From the human T2T-CHM13v2.0 reference genome, Homo sapiens, in NCBI RefSeq assembly GCF_009914755.1, contig NC_060925.1: DNA of 64,000 nucleotides; one strand, given 5' to 3'. Below the pieces are notes generated by a model. The model saw nothing but the letters and a program-made list of their open reading frames with translations, ran no database searches and had not been told where the DNA came from. Both the position numbers and the translations under genes were made by a program. Below, in pieces: positions 17,327 through 32,870 of this stretch (position 1 is its first letter; each line of letters opens with the position of its first letter).

Positions 17327-20300
17327 ATAATGTAAAGGACTATACTAGTAAAAGCAACCATACTGTTGATGATTAATTGTTATTATCTTATAATTATACA
17401 AAGAGACTCAATAGATATCTGTTGAATGCATGCCTGTAGGACTGACTGACTGAAGGAATATGTTCTCAGCTATCAGATGTTACGGTTACAAGAAATTCTC
17501 AGTAAAACTTGCAGAAGATAAACTCCTGAGACTGTGGTGAAGACTGAATTAAATAATCTGTGAGATGTGTCTACTCTAATCTGGCACATGGTATGCATTC
17601 AACAAATGTTAGAACAATCTTAATTTTTAAACATTATCAATAAGAGAAAAGTAAAGATCGTTTGAAATGCTGATGAGATTTAAATTCCTAGCAAAGGCAG
17701 AGAAATCTCATTACAGAGCTGCTGGATTTTTATTAACTCTAAGTACAATGTCACACATCCATCAACTTTCCCAAAACGTAGCTACCATAATTAGAAAATA
17801 CAATGCATTATCCAGGGTTCGTGTTATAATTGCATAAAAGCAGAGAGAAGCAGCTAGTTTTCCATAGATGATAAGATTAGCTTCCTCTCAGCCTTTACAG
17901 TCACACCTATAGAGCCAGGTTGAATAATATTTTTAATGCAGACAATGTTTGTTCTAGACGAAGTCAACTTAGCATTTCATAGGAGCTGGTCAAGTGTTCC
18001 CCTGCTTGAATAGGCTCAAAGGGTAAAGCTAATTAAAAGAAAGGGAAATTGAGTTCACTGTGAAATATGCTGCTGCTTTTCTGATTTTGCCAGGTAGCAC
18101 CAATTCTGGAGGCCAAAATAGAAACAAACCCTTCTGGATGGTGTGCCTTTACTAAGACTCTAGAGTTGGCTCTCCAAAGGGAAGAGGGCACTTCAAGTTG
18201 GAGGGAGATTTTTTAGCCATTTGGCGACCGGAGTCTTCCTCATGGTCAGGGGGAGGTATCAAATCACTTTTTCAGAGTTTGCATGCTGCCCTCTCCTGGC
18301 CTGTATAGACAGGAGTGTTACAGTACATCAAATGCATTTATTTTCCCCCCACACCTGTGTGGGATATACCTAAGAACACAAGAGAGTTTATTTAAAATAT
18401 TCAGGATGTCTCATCAAAAATGTATACTTGAAGCTAATCAAAAATCTATATCTGAAGGTAATTAGAGGAAATACATTCATTTTCATTTTCCTTTGGCTCC
18501 AGGATTTATACTGAAGCATGTCAATCTTTATATCATGTCACTTTATACCCTTGTGCTTCCACCCGCTCACGTTCCATCCCCTTAACATCCATGTGGCTCT
18601 GGGACTCTGTTCTACAAATCAGTGCGCCAACACCGTCTGGGTCCCATCAATGTGCTGGCCACTTAAAGACATCTTTCCAACTGGAAGTGGTGGTGATGGG
18701 AAATCTGCTCAAGTCATTGGTCAGTGTTGAGTCTGAGGACCACATTTTAGCCTGACATGTGATCAAAATTAATTCTAGACATTATTAGGCCTATTATACC
18801 TAATATTATTAGAAACAAAAGAACTATCAAGAAGCAGCTAATCCAAGAAGAAGATGGCACCATAGGTCTAATTTTTAATTGAACACCTTGTCCTTCAAAA
18901 CAATGTCTTGTGTGACCCATTTAAGCCGAGTGCTGGGCACGTTTTCCCTGGTTGAAATAATTCTTTTTTGTCCGTAGATATTTGAAGGACCCTGATACTG
19001 AGAACATGCCTGCAACCTGGCACGTTGCACAGGGGCAATTGCTGTAGCAACACTGAAGTACAAAAGTGGCTGAACTAATCTGTTGAGTGCCTGTGCCTCT
19101 GCAGTCTCTCAGTGTCTGCCCTTGACCCAGACAGGCCAATCCTCTCCATATCAATAAGAACTGAGAGTCTAATACCATTCCTTTGCATTAGAAAAAGAGA
19201 TGTTTACTTTAAAGAGATTTAAAGGCATGTACCTTGTTTAAACTTTACCAAACTTATAACTCGAGGGTATGTAAAGCTCTGGCTGGCTCTACTAAGATTC
19301 ATAGAGAATGAACTGTTGATTACCTCTCTCGGTGAAGAATGATAGCAAAAAACAATGAATAATCACAGCATTGTTTATATTTATCTTTGAAAAGCCATCA
19401 GTGTCTCCTAGTCTATACAAAGTGAATATAATCCGTCTCACACTCACAAAGTTGCTACCAACACACCCAACATTGCTTTAGAGTTAGAAAGATAAGACAG
19501 AAATAGGTCCCAACTTATTGCAGCTATTTTATTTATAAAAGATTGACAAATGCTCACAATCATACAAAACAACTCTTTACCAATAGAATGTAGTTGGGTC
19601 GATTAACTTATATTTATTTGCACAGATCAGTTCTTTACAGTTTCTTTCTGATGTAAAAGGAAAAAAAATTTATCTATAAAGTTAAAATGCCTTCTCCCAA
19701 ATATAATATTCACTTGCCATGTCTATACTTTGACACGATTTCAAAAAGCACCCAGTTAAATCATTCAGATCAGTCGATGGGCAAAAACTATGAAGTTTTC
19801 CTGACTCTATGGTAGAGCTAAGCATGCATTTCCTTTAATGACAGAAAGAACATGTTCATCTGATAAGAAACAAAAAACAAACAAACAAAAAAAGGTCGAT
19901 ATAAATTCTCCACTGTGATATACAACACAAATACCTTTCTTATAACTTTCTTATCTTCCTTGGTCGGGCACATGTCTTGGGACAAAGGCTACCTTGAAAG
20001 CTAAGCACGGCTGAATGGTGAGTCGATTGCGAATTATCAGTGAATGGTTTGGATATGATCGACTAAGACTCCACTGGGAAGAGTGCTGTTTAGACGAAAG
20101 GTAAGGTATTTGATTGCCCCTGCACCTGCTGCAGAGCCATTCTCTGGCTGTACTGGAGTCCCAATCTGTTCCACTGCAGAAAAAGCGCTTTTCATAGGGA
20201 TTCAGAGCCACATGAATACCAGCCAGCCCTTGAAGACTGCAAAGCAAGACCAATTTTTTAACTGACTTCTTGCAGTCCCCTCTGGCTTTTCCCAGGAAAG

Positions 20301-21049
20301 ACTGAACTCATTAAGCAATGCTAATTTAATCACAAGTCATCAAGGGGTGGGGAGTTATATAACTATCTTTAAAATTTCAAATCAAACATGATAAAATCTC
20401 AGGAAATAGATTTTTTTAACAAAACCCACACCTCAAAATAAAAAAAAAAAAGAAATAGAAGTTTATGAGTTTTAGGATCAAATAAAATAAAATCAAACAT
20501 CAATATTTTCTTACAACTATCACATCTACTAGATAGTTCCAATTCATGACTTTTTAATGTAGTAATATGTGAGATCCTGGAACTGAACGTGCCTGGCGTG
20601 CAGAATACAAATGCATTTTTAAACTCGTAAGACAATGTAGAAATAAGTCAGGTACACAGGAAGGATCACTGACAATCACGTTAAAAAATAACTACCTCCC
20701 TTCTCTCTTCTCCTTCAACCACAGCGTAGTGATAATAGTGATATTTCCCTCATGAGGCGGGTGCACCTTGGCCATATGCTTTAAAAAATCAAAACTCTGC
20801 CGAAGTCCGCTGTGGTTCCTATTCCTGTAGGGAGGATATTAACCTGGTAGGTAGGTGGGAGAGGTTCGTAGCCCGCTTTCTAACAATTGGATGGTGTTTG
20901 CCTCGCTATAGTCATGATTAGAATGGCGGTCACCAAGAGGTATTTATTGGTGGGATGACAACATATTGGTATTGACGTTATTTAAAAGAGAAAGAAAGAG
21001 CGATCACGGTCAAGTTTGAAGGTCCTTATGTTACACCCACGCATAATTC

Positions 21050-21620
21050 AATAGGTGAATAAACCTTGTGGCCCCCAGACACACGCCAACAGCTTGAATT
21101 ACCCGGGGTGAAACCGGCGAGACGTCCACTCAGGGCTTTCGGTCCTGACCAGCCACGGAACAAACAACGTCAATTCATTCTAAGTGCCTGGTGAAGGTAG
21201 AAATCAGAAACCGTGTCTGTGTCACGTTAGTCGTGACAAGCTGCGTACCTGCAATGACGTGATGGAAGCCTCCTCCTCGGGTCCCTTCTCTCTCTCTCTC
21301 TCCCTCTCCCTCTGCCTTCTCTGAGTTCTCTAGTCCACAGCGGGGTCTAAGTTTGGTCTCCCGCCGCCGCTTTCAGTTCGACCGCAGCCAGACTGCAGCA
21401 GACGCCCATAAGAGAAGCGCGCCGGCTGAGGGTGCAGGAGAGGCGAGAGCGCGCCCCGCGCCGCGCGGTCCCAGGCTGGCTGCTCCTGCAGATGTGAAAG
21501 GAGCCCGGAGACTTAGCTCTGAATCCTCTCGGCGCTGCATGGGGATATTATCAGAGTCTGGGATTTCTATTGGCTCTGAACACCAAACAAATCACACCAG
21601 CCACCCCCCTTCTCTGTTTC
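21050..21620 (-). promoter_or_regulatory. CpG-rich promoter region, probably transcribing leftward
   Basis: Only strongly CpG-dense non-repeat segment (e.g. gcgcgccccgcgccgcgcgg near 21449-21468). CCAAT box on minus strand at 21569-21573, KLF/Sp-like AGGGGGGTGGC near 21600-21610, CRE-like TGACGTGA at 21255-21262. Confidence 0.7.
21249..21540 (-). other. Probable non-coding first exon of an unidentified gene
   Basis: GC-rich then GA-rich 5'UTR-like sequence ending at a minus-strand donor CAG|GTACGC (exon end 21249). TSS position is inferred only. Confidence 0.5.
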
Positions 21621-21947
21621 ACTCAGCGCTTGTTTCTCATCTAACCCACAAACATTGCAGCCACACCACACACTTCAGTCGCTTGCAATGTTTCTCTTTT
21701 CCTCCTTCCAGTCAGTGGATTTACAACCCTGTGGTCAGCTCTAACATTTTTTTTAGCAGACTTCCAATTCTAACCTTCTTGTTTATGTAGAGAAATTCTC
21801 CCTCCATCCCCTAAACCAGAAAAAAACAAAAAACAAAAAAAAAACACTCATTCCCTTCAGATCTTCTTCCTTTTGCTGATGGGTTTCCAATGTGAAGAAT
21901 GTAGAAAGCCTGTGTGTGATATGTCTGACATTCTCATACACGTGCGC

Positions 21948-21949
<2 letters not shown>

Positions 21950-21983
<34 letters not shown>
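21950..21983. repeat. (CA)n microsatellite upstream of the putative promoter
   Basis: About 17 perfect units. Confidence 0.95.
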
Positions 21984-21984
<1 letters not shown>

Positions 21985-24900
21985 AGGCTCCTTTTGTTTG
22001 CAGTAACTGAGGCCAGTGAAATAAAAAGCAAGCTGAGCCTAATAACCTAAGTGAGAGCTTAACTAATAAAATCTTGAATGAATTCAGTGCAAAACACCCA
22101 TTGCTTGAATTTGTTTTCTGTTCCAAATAGTACTTTGGTCATTATTATCCTGATTTTTGTTTATTGAATGCAGAGGTTTCTAATGCAAATCAGACTCTTC
22201 AACATCCAGAGAACATAAAACAATGACGCCAGACCAATTCTTGTGCTCCATCGGCTTGGTGCGTTATACCAGAAGCGTATTGTGACGCCTAAGTGCTTGC
22301 TCTTTTCATTATTTTTTGAACTTCTCACCACTGATCATCTCAGGACTGAGACTCCCTTAGTGTGATTCACCAGCCAAAGACGACTATTCAGACTCTGCTG
22401 ATAGAGGTTCCTGGATGAAAATTTTTTATCTGTATGTGTCAATAGAGATAAACCTTTGGCCCCTTGGCAGGGAAAGGGCCCAAGAAAAATCTGAGATCTT
22501 ACAAACTTGGCTGGGGAAATTCAGAATAAAATAAAGTTTCAGTGTGTCTTATAAAACAGACCCTCCCTTAGACTTTTCCCCAAAATCAATTTCACTGGTG
22601 CTTATGGAAATTTTAATGACAGTTATTCTTGACAAGAAGCCATTGCTTCTGAAATCTCTGAGCTCTGTTTTGATTTTTGACTTGAATTTTTTTTTTGCAG
22701 TGTTATCCCTTTTGTATGCTATTTGGTATTTGATATTCTAGTTCCAACTCAACTCACAGCACATTGGGTTGCAAATTCACAGGAAATAACAATTAGTTCT
22801 TGAAATATACTATCACCAAACAGACTACCTGCCTTCTTTCTTACGTGGGCACATTACAGGAATTGTGAAATGCAGCCTTATTCTCAGAATGGGCCTGCCT
22901 GAAATCAGCTGAAATTGACAAAGGAAATACAAAACAAAACCACGTTTAGCAGTTGGTTCCTGCTAACCACAGTCTAACCTCAAATGGCATATCCTTATTG
23001 CTTCAACAACTCCAGTTCATTCCCTTTCTTTAGGTAGGCAGCTAAAAACAAAATACTGTCATAAATCTTTGAAAGTGTAGAATGTATTTCTTCTAAAGAT
23101 CTCAACAGTCTTCGAAAAAAAAAGGAGTTATAGGTATGATATTCCAGATTTTCCAGGTGGAGAAACAGAGTGGAGGAATGATAAAGTGACTTGCTGAAGG
23201 CAGACAGCAAATAGAGCTGGGAGAGTGGATGACTGCCCTGTTTGTTCATACAAACTGTTTGACTCAAAGGAAAGCAAAGGGTTAACACAGCTGACTCTCA
23301 TTCCTGCCTGCCTTTGCACAGAAGAGCTAACAATTCATGAAATCATCTGTCCAACTTGGTAAATAGTCATTTATGTTATTTCAGAACGGGTCATGTTATT
23401 TTCAGATAAGTTACCAATAATTTGCCTTCGAATTGCCTTTCTAGAAAAGAGAGAAACAGTTACTGAGAAAACCAAGTAGATCATTGTATTTTGTGCTTGT
23501 TATTTTCAGGGCTCATTATAGCTCTTCATAGCACTGAAAAGACAGTGTAAGTGAAATCATGGGTGACTTAAAGTCACAGATCTATCTTAAACTTCATTTT
23601 AGATAATAATTCAAGCCCTCTGTCCTTCAGTTAATGAAGAGCAAAACTGGATGATTTAAAGGACATCTATACCCCATCAGTTGTGTGGTTAAGGGAAAAT
23701 AAATCGTCAGTGTTTATTATTCTATATTTAGTCTTTTCGTCATTTTGCTACCTTTAAAAGAGTTTTTCAAAGACATTTCTTAAATCCTTTATAAATGACA
23801 CAGACATCCGTAATAATAAAAACGCTTGCATCTCAGCATGCACAGCAGCGGACAGCCGGGCAGATTCATGACAGAACAATCATTTTATTTTCCACTTATT
23901 CAGCCACATCAGGATCATCCTGCTTAGTTCAGTGTGGCACTTTTTACAGGAGATATTCACAAATTGGCATGTATCCAAAGGAGTTGATAAGATGATGATT
24001 CTGAATATTATAATTTATAAGAGATGCAAGAGAGAATCAGGCATCTTGGAGTAGGAACTGAGGTGAAAATGATAACATTTTCAAACAGTAAAGGTAAAAG
24101 AGGAAATATGTTTATTATTCAGATAATGCTTCAAATGTATTGTCATTTTTATAAACATTTTCTTTCTTGATTTTTTTAAACAACTCTATGAGGAATGTAA
24201 GATAAATGCTACTAGGCTAATTTTAGAGATTAAAAGAGTTTGTATAGTAAAGTCACCCTGATGTAGTCACAGTTACGATGCCAGAGGATGGGAATAAGTT
24301 GAAGTGGACCCGAAACCCAGTGCTGTTCTGGAGAGAAAATAAGGGTAGGCAAAAATCAGGATAGCAAAAGACTTCTCAAAATTAAAGCTTTCGGAAATTG
24401 AAAGAATTTCCTGGCAAAGTGATGATTTGGAGATTTTGATATAGGTCAATGAAGTGGTCAAGAAAAGTACTCACAGTCATTTGCAGAGATTATGAAGGGA
24501 TTGTTATAAAGGTCAGACTAAGTAACCTAGGGTTTACTTCAGCTCGAAATCATCTTTGATGCTATTATTGGCTTTTACTATATTACAGAATAATTTACAA
24601 TTTTATTGAATAATTTTCATAGTATGCCATTAAATTTTTTAAAAGATTATGATTACGATCTAAGTATATTTCTGAACTATAGATGACCGCAGATGGTCTT
24701 TTACCCTTCTTTTGACATATCTGTGTGTTCTATGATGAATATGTATAATTTGTAATAAGAAAAAAAGTAAAAAAAAAAAAAAAAAGAAAAAGTAGAAGAG
24801 CTTATAATTCTTCCTCTACTATACAAAGATACAAGATTTCCATATGACTAGTTTGCCGAAGACTGACATTGCATTCCCAGTGTGATAAGCGTAAGATCAC

Positions 24901-26092
24901 ATTCTTGATCTTGTCTGTACCTATTCATGTGTTTTCTTTCTAGCCTAGGTTGGACGCCATTCTAATGCTAATGTTTTCCCCTTGGTTATCTCTTTATTTA
25001 TCTTAATAGCTTCCCTTTAACTTATGGATTTATTGATAAATCCGTACGTGCTTGTTTTGTCCTTTTATAGCTATAATTATTTCTTAGATTATCATAGTTT
25101 ACTTTTTAAATTGTTAAAGTGTTTTTGATGCACAAAGTTTGTAAATTCTTCAATTTACTGATTATTCAATATTTATTCCTCCACCATATAAGAAACCTTT
25201 ATTTTCTAGAAAGTCATTAACTTTGTTTATTAATACTGTATGTTTACATCAAAACCTCAAAATGAAATCTATATTTATGATTCACTGATACATATGAATC
25301 TATGCTCTTGCGGTTCACAAATTTCAACTGTTCACATGTATTAAATAACATTTATCTCTCTTGTGTCATGGTGATTCTACCCAGAATATATGAGTGATTT
25401 ATAAGAGTTTTATAGCAAAATATATAGCTCTCACTGTGTCGCAGAATAAACTCCTTGTCTATGAGAGTGCCATCTGTCATGTTTGTGTCACCCCAGTGGA
25501 GCAGAGAACACAACCCACAGATGAGCTGGGGAAATTAATAGGAAAGGGAATGACCATGTATTCAGCTCAATCCCTATATTTTCCCTTAAGACCCAGGGAG
25601 CAGGTGGTTGTGGGTTTTTTGATTCATTAGCCCATGCTTATTAGATGTCAGCAAGGCCTCTGCGCCGTACTCTTACTTCTGAGATGTGGATGGGTAGAGG
25701 TGAAGAGGGCAAAATGAGAGTGAAGAGAAGGCAGAGCCACCTTTGACCTGCATGTGCTTATGACATCATATAAGCGGTGAACGCAGGAGATGGTTAAACT
25801 AAGATTCAGATTGACAAATGTAGCTGAAGGAGTGGCCAGAATGGCTCCATCATGGCACCTGCCACTTCCTTAACTCTTTCCCAGACCCGATAGCCCAGGT
25901 GAAGAAGGAGACCTAGATAGTAGTATAGATAGCTGTAGAAGTATCACATTCATCTGCCCCTACAGCTACAGACACCAGACTAGGAGAGCATGCTGGACTC
26001 AAAGGGAGCCAATCTGCCACCCATGCAGAGATAATGGGAGGTGGCTGTCCATCAGATTTCTCCTTTTGATGAGCTTGAACTAGGGTTATCTC

Positions 26093-26102
26093 TCTATCAT
26101 CC

Positions 26103-26146
<44 letters not shown>

Positions 26147-26158
26147 CTCTCTCTATCT
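26093..26158. repeat. (TCTA)n microsatellite
   Basis: About 10 perfect units plus degenerate flanks. Confidence 0.95.
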
Positions 26159-26214
26159 GTAGCTAACTTTGTCATTTGATAGCAATAACATAAGCTTAAA
26201 GAGTCAGAAAACCA

Positions 26215-26529
<315 letters not shown>

Positions 26530-26816
26530 TTATGGTCATGGTTAGAATAGGTGTCTATGAAGATCTAATAGACCTCTAATGTATGTCTTGCGTATGAGCA
26601 AGAAAAGATGAGGTCCAGTTGTTTAATCTTTCTGAGCTTCCACTGGCCCTGCCTGTATTTCCTTTGTTTCTGTGTGTATCCATACACCAAATCTCTAGTG
26701 TTTGAGGTCATCTGTGTGACGTTCTCCTCCTTGAAGAGTACATAAGGAAAAAAGCCCAATAGAAAATCAAAGCAGGTACCATAATTTAAGAAGTTTGAAA
26801 CTTAGCCTCAGGCTAA

Positions 26817-27227
<411 letters not shown>

Positions 27228-27794
27228 TCCTTGCTTTTTTTCTGGGGTTTCAGTTTTTGCATATATAAAATAAAGTTTACGTGACAATGATGTAAGTTCT
27301 AGGAGGATTAAATTAGATTTTTGTTTAGAAGGATTACACAGTGTCTGGCCTGGAGAAAATACTTTATAAAATTCAGGATCCAAGCTCAATAGAGCAGGCA
27401 TTTCACATGCCAGGAATAGCAAAGGCTACTGAAGCTCAGTAACCAGCGTTTGAATGTGGAGGGGAGAATCTATGTGTTCAATATGGTTTGGGGGAGTGTC
27501 CTCTCTGGGATCGTTTTGGGCTCCCATAGAGAAGTATACTGATTTGGCTTTTAGAAATAAGCCCAAATCATTCAGAGCTATTCCTCACCAGGGAGACTAA
27601 ACTGGCTATTTCCATTTTAGAGTACCATTAAAGCAATGTGATATATGAAAAGTCTCTAAGCTCTCTAAGGGCAGAAACTGTATCTTATTTGAGTTTTTCT
27701 AACCAGTGCTTACCACTATTCTTGGTACAGAGCTGGCACTCAGTAAAAGTTAGTTGAATAACAATTTATAAACTAATTTGTTAAAAAATTAACT

Positions 27795-28092
<298 letters not shown>

Positions 28093-28224
28093 TTAACTGA
28101 TTGATGAATTTATTAAAGGAGAGATGACTTCCTTATGTGGATTGTAAACTGGCACAGAACATAATTCTGAAGAAGGAATCCCAGTCTGTTTCATCCAATA
28201 GAAATATTGTTTGAATTAAATGTT

Positions 28225-28612
28225 TGATGGTGGTTGATTGTATTATTGTCCAAAATATTCACTTCCCTGCCCACAGGACCCATTCCTGAGAAAGGATAAT
28301 ATAGGCCTACTCCCCTGACTGAGGCTTGGCACTTTGGCTTATTGTAGCCATTAGCATATGTCCAAAAGTTCTGTGTGTGCTTCCAAAACAAAGCTTTAAA
28401 AGCCATTGTGTGGTCTACCACTTCTCTTTTTTCTCTTCCAGAAAACCGATGAGGTCCGTGGTTCCCTGAATAAGAATGGCATGAAGTAGAGCCACAGGTG
28501 ATGTGAGGCAGACTCATCATATGGGTGAGAGATAAAATCTAGCTGTCATAAGCCACAGGGATTTGGGGTCATTTCTTGACTGTAACGTAATGCAACCTAA
28601 ACTGACAGATGC
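28225..28612 (+). mobile_element. Old MLT1 MaLR LTR
   Basis: tggtggttgattgtattattgtccaaaatattcac start; aagccacagggatttggggtcattt..aaactgacagat end. Confidence 0.6.
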
Positions 28613-29904
28613 TATGCGTTTCTACAGTCACTTTTTTGGAGACCAGAACTCTTATTCATAGATAAGATCCAGCATGCTTGTTAACAGATACATGTACATT
28701 TATCTTAGTTATACTGGATATTGTATAATTGTGTATACTATGTCATGAAATTCCCATCCAAAAAACTAACAAAAAATGTTTCAGTGTTGGCTCCTGGCTT
28801 CCTTTCATTCCCAGTTTGTCTTCACCCCAGTGCCTATTCTCTGAATATAAAGTTCTTCAGAACCCAGGAATCACGTGGTGACTATGACCAAAGCTCATTT
28901 CCCAACAAGTGGCCACAGAGGACAAGGTGTGGAGGACACTGGAAGGAGCCCATGACTGACGGGCGTGTTGCCTGATGCTACAGGAGATCCATTGATCGCA
29001 TCTCAAAGCAGTTTCTAGAGAAGCAGGAAGAATTTAAAATGCTCTGGAGAAATTATTTTCACCATTTGTGCTTTTAAAGAATAGGACGTATTAATTTTTC
29101 ATAAATTCTTGTTAACCATGGCAATACACAATGCCATTATTTCTTAAACTCTGGTTCAGGTTATTTACAAAATAGGTCAGGTCACCCCTTTCCAGCCCAG
29201 AGCCAGAATTAAAATAAAACAATCCTCACTCCAGCTTCTGTTCTCCCCCGCACACATTCCTGCCGTCTGGAAGGACCCGAAGCAAACGTTCCTGATATAT
29301 TTGGAAGGGAACAAAAGTTAGTACGGAACAGCATTTGACCTCTGTCTTGTATTAATGTGAATCTTAGGCTGCCCTGCACGCACTTCCGAAAGCGACATAT
29401 CTCCCTGCAGGATCAGTGACAGGGAGACAGCTGGCCGGCCTCAGAACGAGCTCCGCCCCATAAGGACTGCACGGCTGTCCTGTTAGAAAAGCAACGGTGA
29501 GGGGCTCCTCCCCAGCTGGTGCCTTTGTGGGGACTTTCTCATCAAGAGTCATTACACCGCCAGCGTGGTGGAGTGACATATCCATGGGGATTTGGTAACA
29601 ACGAGATTCTGTACTGTAGGCTCATGAATTCAGGAATTCATGAATATTGAAGAAATGCACACGGCTCACCACAAGAAAATATCGATTAAACTTCTTTACC
29701 CAAGTGTCAGCATACTAGGAGTTAATAAAGTGAACTAAATTGATAGGTAACATTGATCTCTGACACAGGCAGTAGAATTAAACCCTGGGTGGGTAAATAA
29801 ATCAAAGCTAGTAGAAGCACCTGATGACCTCGTGAATAGCTCTGAAGTCAGTCTATTCTTTGGTTTCATATTATCATATTAAATTAAAGAAGACTCTTTA
29901 ATTT

Positions 29905-30615
<711 letters not shown>

Positions 30616-31130
30616 TAGAAATCACTTTTAAAGGATGCAAAACAGAGTCAAGCTTGGTGTGAGGCCCTAAAGTCTTCATACAAATCACATTGTATAAGCC
30701 CGAGCACCTTGATCCTTTGCAATTCTCAATGGTTGCACCACTCCTCACCTTATTCAACCAGAAGAAAACATTCCAGAGATTTTTAAGTTCCACCTCATTC
30801 CCATGCAGACTTTCCTATCTGTTTCAGGCCTTAGTGGTTTCTCTTCATTATATCCTATCTTTTGGCATGACTTCATTTAAAAATACTTGGTATTACATAA
30901 ACCTAATATTAGCATCCAACTCTGCCTGCCTTATTAGCCCAACATACCACTACCTCTGGAAGGCGGTGACCTCATGTGCCAGGTGGAGTCCTTAAGACAC
31001 AAATTAATGAGTTATTTCCTAAATATTATGTCCACCAGCTGCCATCAGTTGTCGAATACCAGCAACACTAAGACAGTTCCAGAGACAGGTTTCATGCTCT
31101 AGCTTCCTTTGGCCTATTTTACTTTCATTA

Positions 31131-31581
31131 GTATATGAATTTCCTGGCATTGCCATGACAAAATACAATCACACACAGGGTGTCTTAAAACAACAGAAAT
31201 TTCTTCTCACAGAGTTCCAGAGGCTAGAAGTCCGTAATCAAGGGGTTGGTGGGGGCAGTGCTCCCTCTGAAATCTTAGGGGAAACGTCCCTTGCCTCCTC
31301 CTGGTTTTGGGTGGTGGCTGCCAATCCTTGGCATCCTTGTCCTGCAGCTGCAGCATTTCCATCTCTGTCTCTGTGGTCACATGGTGTTCTCCTCTCTGTG
31401 TGTTTCTGTCTCCTCCTCTTCTAACAAGGACGCCAATCTTATCAGATTAGGGTTCAGTCTACTGGCCTCATTTTAACTTGATTACATCTGCAAAGACCTT
31501 ATTTCTAAATAAGTTCACATGCACAGAAACCAGGGGTTAGAACCTCAGCATGTCCTGAGGAACATAATTTGACCTGTAACA
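31131..31581 (-). mobile_element. MLT1 (MLT1C-like) MaLR LTR
   Basis: cttaaaacaacagaaatttcttctcacagagttccagaggctagaagtcc..ttaacttgattacatctgcaaagaccttatttctaaataag. Confidence 0.8.
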
Positions 31582-31687
31582 AGGGGTAACTGATATTCTG
31601 TCTGTCACCATATCTCCCTGGCTTTTCCCAAGGCCTTTTCCAATCCAGTGGAGCTCCCTTCACTCACTCACTTCTCTTCTCTTCTTC

Positions 31688-32031
<344 letters not shown>

Positions 32032-32114
32032 TGAGTCATACAGAAACCTCAGATCCACTAGTTGTTTAGTTGTTTCTTTAACTTGCTTGCCTCTGCTCTG
32101 ATAGGGATGCTTCT

Positions 32115-32402
32115 TTTTTTTTTTTTTTTTTTTTTTTTGAGATGAGGTCTTACTCTGTTGCCCAGGCTGGAGTACAGTGGCTTGGCTCACTGCAACCTCC
32201 ACCTCCCGGATTCTCCTGACTCAGTCTACTGAGTAGCTGGGATTATAGGTGTGCGCCACCACACCAGGCTAATTTTTGTATTTTTAGTAGAGACGGGGTT
32301 TCACTATGTTGGTCAGGCTGGTCTCGAACTCCTGACCTCATGATCCACCCGCCTCTGCCCCCTAAAGTGCTGGGATCACAGGCATGAGCCACCGCGCCCA
32401 GC
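32115..32402 (-). mobile_element. Alu (S-type)
   Basis: Dimer; TSD agggatgcttctt. Confidence 0.93.
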
Positions 32403-32870
32403 AAGGGATGCTTCTTAGACAATGTCTGGGAGTTAGAAAACAAATGATCAGAAAACGATTTCATCAACAGAGCTAGAAAAGTACACAGGGATGAGGGAAA
32501 AGGAGGTAATGGTGACGAGGACAGTTTCAATTGATAATAGATGTCACAAACTTAAATTTTCAGTCCTAGTGATGGTAATAAAAAATCACCAAGAATATAT
32601 CTTTTGTGTGAGAATGATTTTTTTGCATCTAAACCTGTTATATTGTGAGATTATTTTATTTGGGGGAAATCCCAAAAGACTGCAAACTTTAGGTTAGCCA
32701 ACCCTGTGTAGATTGTAACATGATGTAATATGTTTCTCTAACATCATAAGAGTTTTGCTTGGTTTGTAGGCTATATCTCCAGTTTCATCAACAGTTGAAC
32801 AGATGGCTTGAGGTGCTCCATGACAGCATTTGACTTTGAAATTCAGCGGACATCTGCATTGTCACAGTTC

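Noticed and set aside
20010-20110. Two strong plus-strand donor-like motifs (ATG|GTGAGT at 20017, AAG|GTAAGG at 20100)
   Set aside because: No matching acceptor or reading frame found; such motifs are common by chance.
21249-21540. Assigning a gene symbol to the first exon
   Set aside because: I do not recognise the sequence and no coding exon is present in the window.
21353-21790. 145-aa plus-strand ORF over the CpG-rich region
   Set aside because: Non-ATG start, GC-driven stop depletion, no recognisable protein.
23830-23860. REST/RE1-like tcagcatgcacagcagcggacagcc
   Set aside because: Left half-site and spacing do not fit the canonical RE1.
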